Part shown: positions 1-13,350 of the stretch, in pieces
Numbering within the stretch: position 1 is the first letter of the stretch
How the letters are laid out: each line of letters begins with the position of its first letter
The notes under the pieces: model-generated
Databases searched by the model: none
The model's input: only the letters and a program-made list of their open reading frames with translations
Told to the model about the DNA's origin: nothing
From: Octopus bimaculoides
Taxonomy: Eukaryota
NCBI RefSeq assembly: GCF_001194135.2
Contig: NC_069001.1
Coordinates: 33,329,652-33,393,651, forward strand
DNA: 64,000 nucleotides
Direction of reading: 5' to 3'
Translations under genes and position numbers: made by a program

Positions 1-438
1 ACTATGGCCATGCTGGAGCACCACCTTAAAGGGTTTTAGTCAAACAATTCAACCCCAGGCTTTTTTTGAAAAGCCTGGTACTTATTGTATCAGTCTCTTT
101 TGCTGAACCACTATGTTACAGGGATATAAACACACCGACACTAATTGTCAAGCAGTGGTAGACACACACACACATACACACATCTATCTATCTATCTATC
201 TATATATATCTATATATATTTATATATATATATATAGATAGATAATTGTGAACAAGTCACTGCTATTTCTAAACATGTAAGGGTTTTGAAACCCCTCTTA
301 GTTATAATTGTGACTTGTTAATAATTATAAACATTCTTCTTTTATGTATTTGATGATAACATGTTTGGCCATTCATATATTCATAAATAGTTCTTAATTG
401 TTTATAATATATCCTCCATAATGTATTATTACATTACT

Positions 439-484
<46 letters not shown>

Positions 485-793
485 NNNNNNNNNNNNNNNN
501 NNNNNNNNNNNNNNNNNNNNNNNNNNNNNNNNNNNNNNNNNNNNNNNNNNNNNNNNNNNNNNNNNNNNNNNNNNNNNNNNNNNNNNNNNNNNNNNNNNNN
601 NNNNNNNNNNNNNNNNNNNNNNNNNNNNNNNNNNNNNNNNNNNNNNNNNNNNNNNNNNNNNNNNNNNNNNNNNNNNNNNNNNNNNNNNNNNNNNNNNNNN
701 NNNNNNNNNNNNNNNNNNNNNNNNNNNNNNNNNNNNNNNNNNNNNNNNNNNNNNNNNNNNNNNNNNNNNNNNNNNNNNNNNNNNNNNNNNNNN
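485..793. other. Assembly gap (309 N) within a (TA)n microsatellite
   Basis: N run flanked by TA repeats. Confidence 1.
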
Positions 794-843
794 TATATAT
801 ATATATATGTCTGGTATATATTTTATATTTATCATTTTGTATA

Positions 844-1066
844 TGAGGGGGTGCTGAAAAGTTTCTGGTTTCAAGGGTATTGCGAAAGACCTGGTTGCAG
901 GTCCAACCTTCTGAGTTCTTTTACAGGACTTAGAAAAACTGAAGGACTGCTGCAATAAGTGTGTGAATCTGAGAGAGGAATATGTTGAAAAAAAAATCAT
1001 AATTAACTGATTGATCCTCCTGTATTTTCTTTTATCCACAGCCAGGAACTTTTCAGCACTCTCTCG
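844..1066 (+). mobile_element. Mariner-derived MITE (internal deletion derivative)
   Basis: TIRs TGAGGGGGTGCTGAAAAGTTTCTGG / CCAGGAACTTTTCAGCACTCTCTCG with TA on both flanks. The interior encodes a mariner C-terminal remnant (LEKLKDCCNKCVNLREEYVEK). Confidence 0.85.
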
Positions 1067-1131
1067 TATATATCATATATTTATATACATATACATACAT
1101 ATCTGTGTGTGTGTGTGTGTGTGTGTGTGCG

Positions 1132-1162
<31 letters not shown>

Positions 1163-4029
1163 CTCCTCCTCCTCTAAATATCATGTGTGCCATAATGAAA
1201 ATAATGAACTCTGCTGTACTGAGTTCTTATATCTGCCTGATATAAGAACCTAAATTATAACAATGATTGTAAGTCAAAAGTAACAAATTTAAAATACATT
1301 TATTTGATTCTAATTCAATAAATACTGCAAAAAAAAAAAATGGAAAATAGAGATAGTAATACAATTATAATTTTTCAGGTTGTTCACCTTAACAAGTAGG
1401 AAACATTTGTTTATTATATATATAATCTATCCAATGTTTCCATTGGTCTCGTTACTGCTCATCAATCATCATTATATCAATTATTCTTAGAATATGCGAT
1501 TTTAGTCTCTCGTAGTCTGAGAAGAATGGTTCTGCAATTTCTTACTGAACAACCTGCACAAATGATTTGTTTTAAGTAGTCAAATGTATGTTGCTCACTT
1601 CCTTCATCAAATTGACATGGCTTGAACAGGTGCACAATGTACCACACACCAGGTGTGTGAATATGAGATGAAGTGTTTTGCTGAAGAACACAATGTTCTA
1701 GTCAGTGCAGGAATTGAAACTGTGACCTTGCAATCATGAGTGCAACATCCTAACCACTAGATCATGTGCCCTCTCTTAGGTATCTAGTCTATATGTGTAT
1801 ATAGTATAATATTTATCATAAGATATCTGTTTCTTTAAAAAAGAGAAGTTTCAAAAAATCATCATGGGTCCTGTATGTGAAGTTGAGCCTCTAAAAATAG
1901 CTTAACAGACTGGAGCAATGTGAAATGAAGTGCCTTGCTCAAGGACACAATGCACTGCCACTCTCCAGTCAGGAAATGAAACTATAGCCTTATGATCATG
2001 AAGCAAACACTAAGCCATGTTCCTTCATATTTAAGTTGCTTCTTGTTATGATTTGATCTCAGACTGCAAGGGTCATAACTAAATAGCATGTGGCATTTCC
2101 ATGTGGCATTAATGATTCTACCAACTGCACTGCAGCAAGTGTTAGGAAATTAAGCTCTCAGTGAGTGAAATTCTGCAGTGTAGATCCAATTCCTGATAGC
2201 AGCTGCTTTACTTCACATAAAATAATAATGATTCTTTACTCTTTTATTGGTTATTCAGAAGCTTGATTAATTTAAATGCACCTCCTCTTGGTCTTTACAC
2301 CAATTCAAAAGAAATCAATATGTTCTAAAAACTCTGTTTAATGTATTCTATAATATATTTGATGTGAAGCAAGATAAGCAGATCTTACAAAGATCTCAGT
2401 TTACTTTTCAAAGTCAGCAATTATTTAATGCCTCAACAATGATTAACTATTTACAAGGAGTAGGTGTCCTTTCTACTGTAGCATTGTTCACATATTTGTT
2501 TCAACACGTGCTAATCATTTGTGTAATATAACAGTTTTCTGCACAGAAACATTGCTTGCTCATCAATCTAAACTGTTACTTATGATTTACAGTGTATGAA
2601 TAGGTGCAAAATGATGATGATGATGGTGATGATGATGAAACTGTGTAGAAGCCTGAAGGATGAAGGGCAGTTCCTGTTTTGAGATGATACACTTAATCTA
2701 TTATCCAGTTTAACAAATCTATTGGGTCCATGGGTACTTTTTGCCAGGGATGAAATAGGAAAGGGTGTACAAAAGAATGACACTCCTTTTTAGTTCTTGA
2801 TGGTGGGGAGAAGAGGCAGGGAGGCCTATAATGCCCAGACCCTCTCCTCTCTTGCTCAACTTCAGGCACATGGACATTAGCAGACCTTCTACTCCTTAAA
2901 ATCCATTTCCATCACTACAAACATTTGGATCAAATCTCTGATCTAACTTCATCTCTTTCCACTTATCAATCTTCAAGGCCCTGAAAAAGATCTTCAAGGA
3001 CCCCTCAACAGAAATATGACAACAAAATGGATAACACTGGAAATAATTAAAATAAATTAAAAAAGAAAATGAACAAATTTGTCTGACAACCGAACATGGA
3101 AAGAGGGAGATGAATCTGTGATGTGGAGTAAGTTGATTTATTGAAGTGATCAATAAGAACTCTTTCCCATTTGTCTAAACCATGATCAAAATATTTCAAA
3201 TCACTGCACACCATTAGCTGGAGCTATAATGTCTTAGTAAACTCTGGTAAAGCAACAAAAACTATCAGAGAGAGGTATAGAAAGTTATAGTATTGTAGAA
3301 AACTATCATAGTGTTATTGGAAACAACTTAGTTTCTTGATTTCTCTTCTCCAATCATAAATATAAATATATATATGTGTGTATATATATATATGTATGTA
3401 TGTATTTGTATATATATATCTTGAAATAGAATAGTGAATCAATACAAGAGTGAATCCTAAAGAATTAATCTGTTAGATAACCATGTCAGATCCCATATAT
3501 AAATCAATATATATTTGTTTGAACTTTTATGGCTGTTTAAATATCTGTACAGAAAAACATCAATACATATAAGGAAAGGCCGTTTTAATGCTCAGATTTC
3601 CAGAACAGAATAAAAAGTCTGACTGAAGTGAATTTCAATCTAAAACTAAATGTTATTGTGAAATACGGTATAATTTAAGAAAAGAATTATCAAACAGATG
3701 GTGTGTAAATCTCTAACTGGTCTCTTATGTACTTCTCACCAACCATTGCAACAATATTTGTCCATTATACTTTCTGATTCTCTTTTTCTGTGACAACAGA
3801 AAGGAAAATCAGTGACAGCAAAATGTGTTTCTGTATTATGGAATGTACTAGGTTGTTAGATAAATTTGCTTGTTTTTCTACTTGGCACTCCATTGTCATA
3901 CATTTTGGAAAGAGGTAAAATTTATTCAAATTTCAAAATTAATAAATAAAAGCTGTAGAGGAAGAACAGAGCTAAAAAAAAAAAGTCATCATAAAACACT
4001 CCAATAAAGATATTTTTGTGTTAATTCAA

Positions 4030-4250
4030 ATAACCTTTTTGATATCAACCTGTCTGAGACTGCCTCTGGGCTGATGATACAAACTTCATGCTTAGTGTGA
4101 TCTAAATTAAAACCTTCCATCAAAATTTCAAGTTAATTCATGCCTTAAACACCAGCTTAATTCTGACAACGATATTTTAATAAATTATTCATCATTTTCA
4201 AAATCAATTGAAACAGAGACTATGCATTTCAACAGAAATATAATAACAAA
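4030..4250. mobile_element. TTAA-type (piggyBac-like) MITE, degraded
   Basis: Begins TAACCTTTTTGATATCAACC; reverse-orientation homolog of the element at 17902-18162. Confidence 0.55.
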
Positions 4251-5270
4251 GTGGATAACACTGGAAATAATTAAAATAAATTGAGAAAGAAAATGAACAA
4301 ATTTGTCTGACAACCCAACATAGAAAGATGGAGATGAATCTGTGATGTTGAGTAAGTTAATTTATTGAAGTGATCAATAAGAACTTATTAATGAAGAAGG
4401 TCTTGTCAACTACATTCATGAATCAGTATCAAATTGTTTGGACTCTTGATTGTTCAGATGAACTACAACATTGCCCCAGGGAAGCAAAGGGCAATCTCAA
4501 AATTTCCAGTCTAGAATAGAGCTAAATTGAACTGAATATTTGTACAATATACCCTAACGGTAAATATGATTGTATCAAATGAATATAACTTTAAATGTTG
4601 ACACAAGCTTTCAGGCACTCATCACCAACCATTGTATCTGTATTCATCCATTCACATGACAGCTTAAATGGAGAAAAATAGCAAAAAGTAACAATGAGAA
4701 AAAATTGAAAAATAACAAATCCTCGATAGCTTTTAACCACTGCATGTCGATGGAGAAGATAAAATAAAATAAAATAAAATGAAATAAAATAAAAATATTC
4801 CAAGTCTTCAGCATGCCAGTATTTAATGAAGCTACAAGAAGAATTGAGAGGAGGTAGCTGTTCTGTTCTTGAGTTCATGATACCTTGAATGTCATTGAAA
4901 TGTCAAAGAGTTTACTAAGAAATTTGTGAATATTGATTTTTAATGTAGGTAAAGAGTCACACATTTTGGGTGGAAGAATAGTCAATTATATTGACTCTAG
5001 TACTTGACTAGTACTGTGCATTTTATTGATCAGGCAAAGAATTGAAAAGCAAAGTTGATCTCGGCAGGATTGAAACACAAAGAAAAGCAACTAAAAATCA
5101 GAAGACATTTCCCCTTAATGTTATACCAATTCTAGCAATCCCATTCATAAATATTAAACTCTAAATCAAGAGTTCAAGTTGAGTTATGTAATTTATAAGG
5201 TCAGATGATACAATATATCATACAGTAAGTTTTTTAAATTTAATTTCTTATTCAATTGAATTTAATTCAC

Positions 5271-5570
5271 AAGCCAATGTTGTTATTCACTAGCCAAGGC
5301 TGTTATTCATAATCCAATATTGTTATTCACTAACCAAGACTGTTATTCATAATCCAATATTGTTATTCACTAACCAAGACTGTTATTCACCAGCCAAGAC
5401 TGTTATTCATTAGCCAAGACTGTTATTCATAGTCCAATGTTGTTATTCATTTGACAAGACTGTTATTCACTTGATAAGACTGCTATTCATAAGCCAACAT
5501 TGTTATTCATTAGCCAAGACTGTTATTCACTAGCCAAGACTGTTATTCATTAGTAAATGCTGTTATTCAG
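5271..5570. repeat. 20-bp-period minisatellite, about 15 units
   Basis: TGTTATTCAY recurs exactly every 20 nt from 5281 to 5561, separated by variable 10-mers (TAGCCAAGAC / AATCCAATAT types). Confidence 0.95.
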
Positions 5571-6479
5571 CTGCAAGTTACAAAATGGTAGAGTTGTTAG
5601 AACACTGAACAAAATACTTCAAAGTTTCTGCTCTCGTTCTCCATGTTCTGAGTTCGAATCTTGGCAAGATCAACTTTGTGTTTCATTGTTTCATGGTCAA
5701 CAAACTAAAGTACCAATCCAGAGGTGATAAATCAGTAGAACTGAGAGAACATCAAATGTCCTGATGTCTTGTGGTATTTCTGTTCCATCCCTCTGGATTC
5801 TGAGTTCTGGGATGGGAGACTTTAGGGAGATTTCACTCTTTAACAAATATCCTGACCAGGTGCTCACTGGTTTCACTGTACCTTCGTTCTCCTCTCCCAC
5901 CAGTTTTGGAGATCAATAAATAAAGTAAGGGCTTGGATGTTGAGGGTACAGTGCTTGTCTCTCTGCCTGAACACTTTAAAAAATAAATAAATAAATTAAA
6001 AAAACAACAAAAGCAAAAACGTCAGCTGGGCAAGTTTTTGTTCTTTTTGTTGTTGGTGTAGTCAATGAGGTTTGTTTACATGGCAACAAAACCCGCCTAG
6101 TAACTGTGAGCTGTACTTGAAATTGTTTGACACTCAACCTATTTCTCTTCATGTCACATAATGTCTTATGTCACCTGTCAACTTCAGAAAACCCAAAATC
6201 AATACTCAAACACAAATTGAATTTAAGCTGTTTTCTATTGTTTATCTGTCAGTCATTGCACTGTGGCCATGCTGGGGCATCACTTTGGAGGGATTTTAGT
6301 TGAAGAAATTAATCCCAGTGCTTAAAGTCTGGCACTTGCACTATTGGTCGAACTGCTAAGTTACAGGGATGTAAACAAACCAACACCGGATATCAAGTGG
6401 AGACAAATGCAAACACCAAGACCCACATGCACACAGATGCAAAACAGCACAGAGATACACAAACACACACATATACCCT

Positions 6480-6516
<37 letters not shown>

Positions 6517-6869
6517 TTCTGTCTGCCCCCCCCCCCCATTCAGAAATCCATCATAAGTAGTTCATTGGAAACCTGTTACCAACAATGTTATTGTGTACAA
6601 AATGGGATACTGAATATATGAATATATAAATAACAGATAAATGAACAGGAGGTGAGCAGGGAGGCATAACAGATGATATAACAAAAATAAACGAACATGT
6701 ATTAACAGAGGATATAGATAATACAGGCACTCCCCATACACACACATGCACTTACAAAACATAGACACACATAGAGGGATACACATGCGTAGACACATAC
6801 AATAGGAATACAAAATACAAAATGGCTGATAGTTAGCAAGGTGGGACACACAAGAAAGAAGAAAGCAAA

Positions 6870-6914
6870 GGACCACTGATGAGGTCACAGAAGTGTGACG
6901 AAAGAACTCTGGCC
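6870..6914 (+). ncRNA. Degenerate minimal type-I hammerhead ribozyme-like motif
   Basis: GGACCA-CTGATGA-G-GTCAC(agaagt)GTGAC-GAAA-GAACTC-TGGCC: core boxes, a 5-bp helix II, a short helix III and a bulged helix I. Confidence 0.5.
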
Positions 6915-7230
6915 GAAATAGGATTAATGTAATGTAATGTAATATAAAGCTGAAGCAAATTAACACCAAATGTACAGTGCTTGTGTTTTTATTGGCTAAA
7001 CTGGAAATATGACCATCCCCAAATACAACAACAGATGATATTTCCTTTTTCTAAAATGTTGATCATGATATCGAATGTCCTTTCTGTTATTGGCTCAAGG
7101 CTTGAGACTTTGAGGGAAACAACTATGAGGAATTCAAAAGGTACAGCCTTGTCAGAGAGTCAAGCTGATTCTGCCTGTGAATTGATGTAAGGGAGACAAA
7201 TGGGACTGTTGAATGTTCATTCATTTAGAT

Positions 7231-7527
7231 CAGTGGTTCCCAAATTTTTTCGGACTGCTGCCCTCTTGACACCCAGGCCATATTCCTAGCACCCCACCCC
7301 TAACTAACTGTCAGAAACAGAGACCCCTTTCTGAAGCAAATTCAAAGCAACTGTATTTGACAAATAAAACTAAAACTAACGGATCCATTATTTTGTTCTT
7401 TTTACATAAATCACTACCTCATTATCACCTCACTTTTTACATGAATCACTACCCGACTCTTTCCCCACTTTTCTTCAATGCCCCCTTGGAACTTTCCACT
7501 TCCCCCAGGGAGTCAATACTGCCCACT
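7231..7527 (+). mobile_element. hAT-type MITE, 3'-degraded
   Basis: 5' TIR CAGTGGTTCCCAAA; 3' end ...GCCCACTTTGGG truncated. Confidence 0.45.
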
Positions 7528-9305
7528 TTGGGCAGGTAATTCAAACAACTGAATGCTTGAGCTCCACCATTGACTAGAAACTAAAACAACAGGTGGCATC
7601 TGTCAATGTCACAATCAGAAATGAAGTGAACCCATAAGTAGTTCATTGGAAACCTGTTACCAACAATGTTATTGTGCAAAAAATGGGATATTAAATACAT
7701 GAATAACAGATAAATGAACAGGTGATGAGCAGGGAGGCAAAAAACAATATAACAGATGAATATTTCCTTTTTCTAAAATGTTGGTCATGATATCGAATGT
7801 CCTTTCTGTTATTGGCTGAAGGCTTGAGACTTTGAGAGAAACAACTAATATTTGACCGATACTTATTTCACTGACCTCGAAAGGATGAAAAGCAAAGTGA
7901 ACCTCAACAGAACTTGAACTCAAGAACGTAAAGACAGATGAAACACAGCTAAGAATTTCGTCCAGTGTGCTAATGTTTCTGCCAGCTCGCAACCCTCATA
8001 ATATTAAACATCAATAGGGAGTTATGAAAATGTGAATGTGATGTGGCTCTCATGTTTTGTTGTCTTTCATATTTCAGTGATAGTATTATTCTGGGTCTTA
8101 ATGGATCAGAACACTGTTATTGCATATACATATCCCTGATGTCTGATGGTGCCGGTTTACAACAAAATAGACTGATGCCCTTCCTAATGCCTGGAGCCTG
8201 GTGTAGCCATCTGGTTTCACCAGTCCTCAGTCAAATCGTCCAACCCATGCTAGCATGGAAAGCGGACGTTAAACGACGATGACAATATATATATATATAT
8301 ATTTCTAATCAAGAAATACAAGAGAAAAAAACTTTGAAATTTTAATTAATTAAAATTTGAATCGAAACATGCAGAGGTGAGATGAGGATGGGTGAGTCTG
8401 ATATTTGCAATTACTGTGATATATCAGGACAATATTTAATCAAGCGCTTAACTGCATTTGACAGTCAACTAGTTTAAATTCCATAAATAATGTTATTGAT
8501 TAGAATTCCTTCATTCATAAATGGAAGCTTGAAAGAAGAAAAAAAAAAAAGACATCTCCTGCATGGAATTCTCCAGAAGTACTCAGTAACCGATAGAATC
8601 TATTTGCTTTGATCTTCCCCCTCCTCTATCCCCCCCTCTCATCCCTCTGTAAGTTATATATCTGCTGGTATGTCAGTGGTTTAAATTTAACAGTCACTGA
8701 TAAACTCAGTATCTATAAAAAAACCTTAACAACATGAAAAAACCGGAAAAAAGAGAACTACACACTTCAACTTCATCATAACCCATTTTTTAAGGTGAAA
8801 AGATAAAAGCTGGATATGCAAAAAAAATAATTAGTACCATGCATGCGTGTGTGTGTGTGTGTGTGTGTGTGTGCATGTGCATTTGTTCATGTGTGTGCAT
8901 CTATGCGTGATTATATCTATGTATGTTTGTGGACCAGTTCAGTACTTGCTCAATATTACAATCAAATTTGTGTGAGATGCAAGGGTTGAAAACACGGGTT
9001 ATAAATACACAAGCAAAAACACATGCATGATACACACACACACACACTGATACACACTCATATACACATATTCAGTTCACACACACACATGTATGCACAT
9101 ACACACACACACGCACACACATGCACACACACACATGTATCAGAGTAAGCACATAAATGTGAAACAAGATGGGGAAAAATAGTACTCAAATACTGGAGAT
9201 GTGATACTTTGGGCAAGTGCTTTCTACTATAGCCCCAGGTCAACCAAAGCCTTGTGAGTGGATTTGGTTGATGGAAAGTGAAAGAAGCCCATCACACCCT
9301 GTATT

Positions 9306-9351
<46 letters not shown>

Positions 9352-9559
9352 CATTTGTGTTTGTCACCTATTACTGCTTGATAACTGGTGTTTGTTTGTT
9401 AACATTCTTGTAACTTAGTTTAACAAAAGAGACTGACAGAATAAGTACAAGGCTTAAGAAATAAATAAATGCTGGGGACAATTTGTTTGACTGAAACCAA
9501 TGAAGGTGATGCCTGAATATGGCTGCAGTTTAATGTTTGAAACAAGCAAAAGAATAAAA

Positions 9560-9830
9560 GAATACATACACATATATATATACATGCATACACACATACA
9601 TTGCATACATATATTGCACGCATACACATATATACATTCATACTTTCATATACATACATACACATATGTACATACACATATATACATACATACATAACAT
9701 ACTTACACACATACACTCATACATACATATACACATACATTCACATACATACATACTTACATAGATACATACAAACATGTGCATGCATATATAAATGCAT
9801 ACATACATACATATACACACATGTATGCAT

Positions 9831-9876
<46 letters not shown>

Positions 9877-9898
9877 GTAGATAAATAGATAGATAGAT

Positions 9899-9931
<33 letters not shown>

Positions 9932-10580
9932 GGTGCAGGCATACATACATATATACATAGCACAAATGCAAGAAACAGGTAGCTTGTCTTCCATTATCCG
10001 TACACCAACTCAACTGATAGATTGCCTGTGGCCAATCCTTATTTCAGCAGATCTCACGTCCCTGCACTTAACGTAGGTGTTTGAACACTGATTCAACCTA
10101 AGCATTCATTCAAAGGATCTTTTGGGCTTGTATGTCGTTTGACATCTGATTTCTTACCATTTACATTCATATATACATACTCACGTGCACACATACACAT
10201 AAGCACATACACATATTTGCATATATACATACATATATACATGTATGGCTATCTTCCTGCCTACCTGCCTATCTACCAGCCTACCAACCTACTTACATGC
10301 ATACATACGTACATACATGAATACACATGCACTCACACACATATATATACATACGCATACATGCATACACACATATACACACACGTACATACACATACAG
10401 GCATGCACAGACATGTACATGCAAACATGCATACATTCACACACATACATATATACATTCACACACATGTATATACATATACAGACACATAATACACACA
10501 TATACATACAGACAAACAGACAAGCAGGCACACATACACACAAATACCTACCTACATACATACATTACACACACACGTGC
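9560..10580. repeat. Complex TACA/CA/TAGA microsatellite field with an embedded SINE fragment
   Basis: Long imperfect (TACA)n/(CA)n runs and (TAGA)n at about 9836-9900; source of many spurious H/T/Y/I-rich ORFs. Confidence 0.95.
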
Positions 10581-10842
10581 ACATAAAGAACAACATCAAA
10601 CAAGAGACTTTCCACCCTACAGTGTTTTCAAATACAGACGTACAAAAGCACAACTAGCAATACGAAAGATAATGAAACCATTCTCGTTTAATTTCGCAAC
10701 TCATCATCTCAACAGAGTGGAAACCATTAATAAATAATAACGACTTCTCAAGTATGATGACAAAACTGTTGAAGAGATTCTAACAGTCTAAATCTAATAA
10801 AATTGATGAAATCTTGTGTTCTCTCATAGCCAAAGTGTGTAT

Positions 10843-10886
<44 letters not shown>

Positions 10887-10892
10887 TTAACG

Positions 10893-10932
<40 letters not shown>

Positions 10933-11504
10933 TACAGTTCGATGAGGGGAAATAAATTGGTTTATTGCGATGAAGAGAAAGAGGTATTTAATGTTCCTGG
11001 TAAGGTCTTTTATCAGAGAGAGATGCTTTTTGATGGTTCTAAATATACAGACAGTATTTAATGAAGAATGAATGAATGGATTGATTGACTGACTGACTGA
11101 CTGATTAATTAATTGATTGATTGATAGATATGAATAGATAGGTAGGTATAGATAGATAGATAAACAAATAGATAGATAGATTGTGAGTGTGTAAATATGT
11201 GTGGATGTGAGAGAGAGAGCAAGAGAGAGAGAGGGGGGAGGGTAGAAATGGTGACGAATAATGGAAGAGGAAAAGAGAAACCTTAGATTTGCTAGAAATA
11301 GGAGTCAAGTTTATTTCAAATTGTTTCCTACTATGTTTTAAAAATTTGAAGGACACGTTAAATAATATAGTTGTTGATATACAATATGATGGCTGAAATA
11401 TAAAGACGGTGCTTATGGCTGAAATGTCTTTATGAAAATTTTTCTGTCAGTGAATGAGGACAATTATCATGATTTAACTCTTTTGGTTCTTAAGTGTATA
11501 GAAT

Positions 11505-11830
11505 GGTGTGAAGTCATGTGGCTTTGGGGTTAGGGTTTTCAGCTCATGGTTGTGAGTTTGTTTCCCAATGGCACATTATGTCCTTGAGCAAGACACTTTA
11601 TTTCACACAGCTCCAATCCACTCAACTGGCAAAAGTGAGTAGTAGCTGTATTTCAAAGCCTTTTCACATTCTATGTCATGGTGAATCTCCTTGAGAACTA
11701 TGTTAAAGGTACGCATATCTGTGGAGTGCTCAGCCACTTGTATGTTAATTTCAGGAGCTGGCCATTTCATTGATTGGATCAGCTGGAACCCTCATCATCA
11801 TGACTGACAAAATGCCAGTTTTTATGTCTT
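11505..11830 (+). mobile_element. tRNA-derived SINE, CpG-decayed copy
   Basis: Shares CTTGAGCAAGACACTTTATTTCAC...CTCCAATCCACTCAACTG core; related to copies at 1490-1770, 22580-22810, 28410-28640 (-) and 45060-45300 (+). Confidence 0.65.
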
Positions 11831-12714
11831 TTTTAATATAGAATGGTAAATATTTGAGCAGGTAGGGCATCCAGCTGTAGAAGTCATGCCAAGACAGACA
11901 TTGGAGCTTGGTGCCGCCCTCTGGTTTGTCAATTCATGCTGACTTGTCCAATGCATGCCAGTAAGGAAAACAGGATGTTAAACGATGATGATGATGATGA
12001 TGACATTGTTGTTCAAAGTCCTAATTCCCATCACACCAACAATATAATTCCTAGTTAAGTATTGGCATCAATTAACTCAGTAACAATCCTCCTACAATGT
12101 TTAAGACAAACATAGAAATTGTCATTTTTGTGTCAGTGGTAAATGTGGCTTTGAATACAGAGCTGTGGAGATAAGTCAATTATAGTTTGATAACAATAAC
12201 AACAGCACGGTAGTAAATGTGAAATTATAAAACAGAATGATTGCTTTTAATAATCCTTTTAGTTTAAATGTCGTAACATGTTTCATTAATTAATGTTTTC
12301 GTTGAGCGGGAATTATGGTAAAGGATATTTAAGAAAATTTATTGAGACATGCAAAATTGGCTTTTATGATACAATGCTGGTTATAATTATACATACATAC
12401 ATGCATTCACACACATACATACATGCATATATACATACATACATACATACATATACACATGCACATACATACATGCATACTCTGTATATTCATGCATATA
12501 CATAAATATATACATGCATTTACATATATGTATATACACTCCCACACACTCATACAAATACATATATATATAACCACTGATGATAAAGTCTTTGACTAAA
12601 TTCCCTGCTCCGTTTGTCATAGAAGCAGGAGAAGCAGTTATTTCCCTGCAGGTCTTAGTTAATCACTGTAATCAGGAGTTTAAGACAGATGAAATATTTT
12701 CAAGTTCTCAACAA

Positions 12715-13350
12715 GAAGAAAGGTAGTCTTTGTGATGCAGTTGCTGTTATGTCATGTGTAGGGGATGGATGAGGGAGACAGGAAGTCATCATCTTATATT
12801 TTGAAGTTGAGAATTTGTAGAGACACAGAAGGTTTTAATTGTATGTTGTCATAACAACAGAGGCTGAGGGACAAGATGGCTTCTTTGATAAATACAAAAA
12901 GTGGGTCTTTGTTTCATTGAAGGAGACAAGACTGCCATGTTTCCCCCACTCACCCAACAGGATAATGTTTTTTGAAATGTGTATATTCACAGAGATGGTT
13001 TAGGTTTGACATGATACCCAGGTTACATGTGAAGGGTTACTCTATGTGGAATAATGAAGAGAAGCATCATCTACATAGAAGTGAGTGGTTTTAGTTGTGA
13101 CGGCAACAGATTGTTAACATACAGGTAGAAGAGTGTATGGAACATAACTGTACTTTAGGACAAATCAGAGTTGAGAGAGATAAGGAGAAAGAGAGAGTTA
13201 CATTGGCACACAATACAAGTGTGATGTTTAGTAGGAACATAAAATGAGATCAGAGACAAGTGAAGCTTCAGGGTGAACAGTTTAGATCAAAGATTTCCAT
13301 GCCAGTTACAGTCAAGTTCTTTACTCAGGTTAAGTGCAACGACAATACAA
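12715..13350 (-). mobile_element. CR1/L2-group LINE reverse transcriptase fragment (frameshifted)
   Basis: Minus strand: VALNLSKELDCNWH (cf. VALDISKAFDRVWH), VPxGTVMxxTLFYLYVNNL, HFYVDDASLHYS (YADD-like) and TKTHFL. Confidence 0.8.

Noticed and set aside
434-1039. 201-aa ORF, and ORFs spanning 40633-41045
   Set aside because: Artefacts of translating through N gaps and TA repeats.
5271-5570. CRISPR-like repeat/spacer appearance
   Set aside because: Eukaryotic context, 10-nt 'spacers' that are mutually homologous and no cas genes; this is a minisatellite.
9420-10737. Many 65-136 aa ORFs rich in H/T/Y/I or C/V/M (also 12293-12620, 55587-56922, 59102-59582, 60293-60755)
   Set aside because: Translations of stop-free microsatellite or low-complexity DNA; no splice context or homology.
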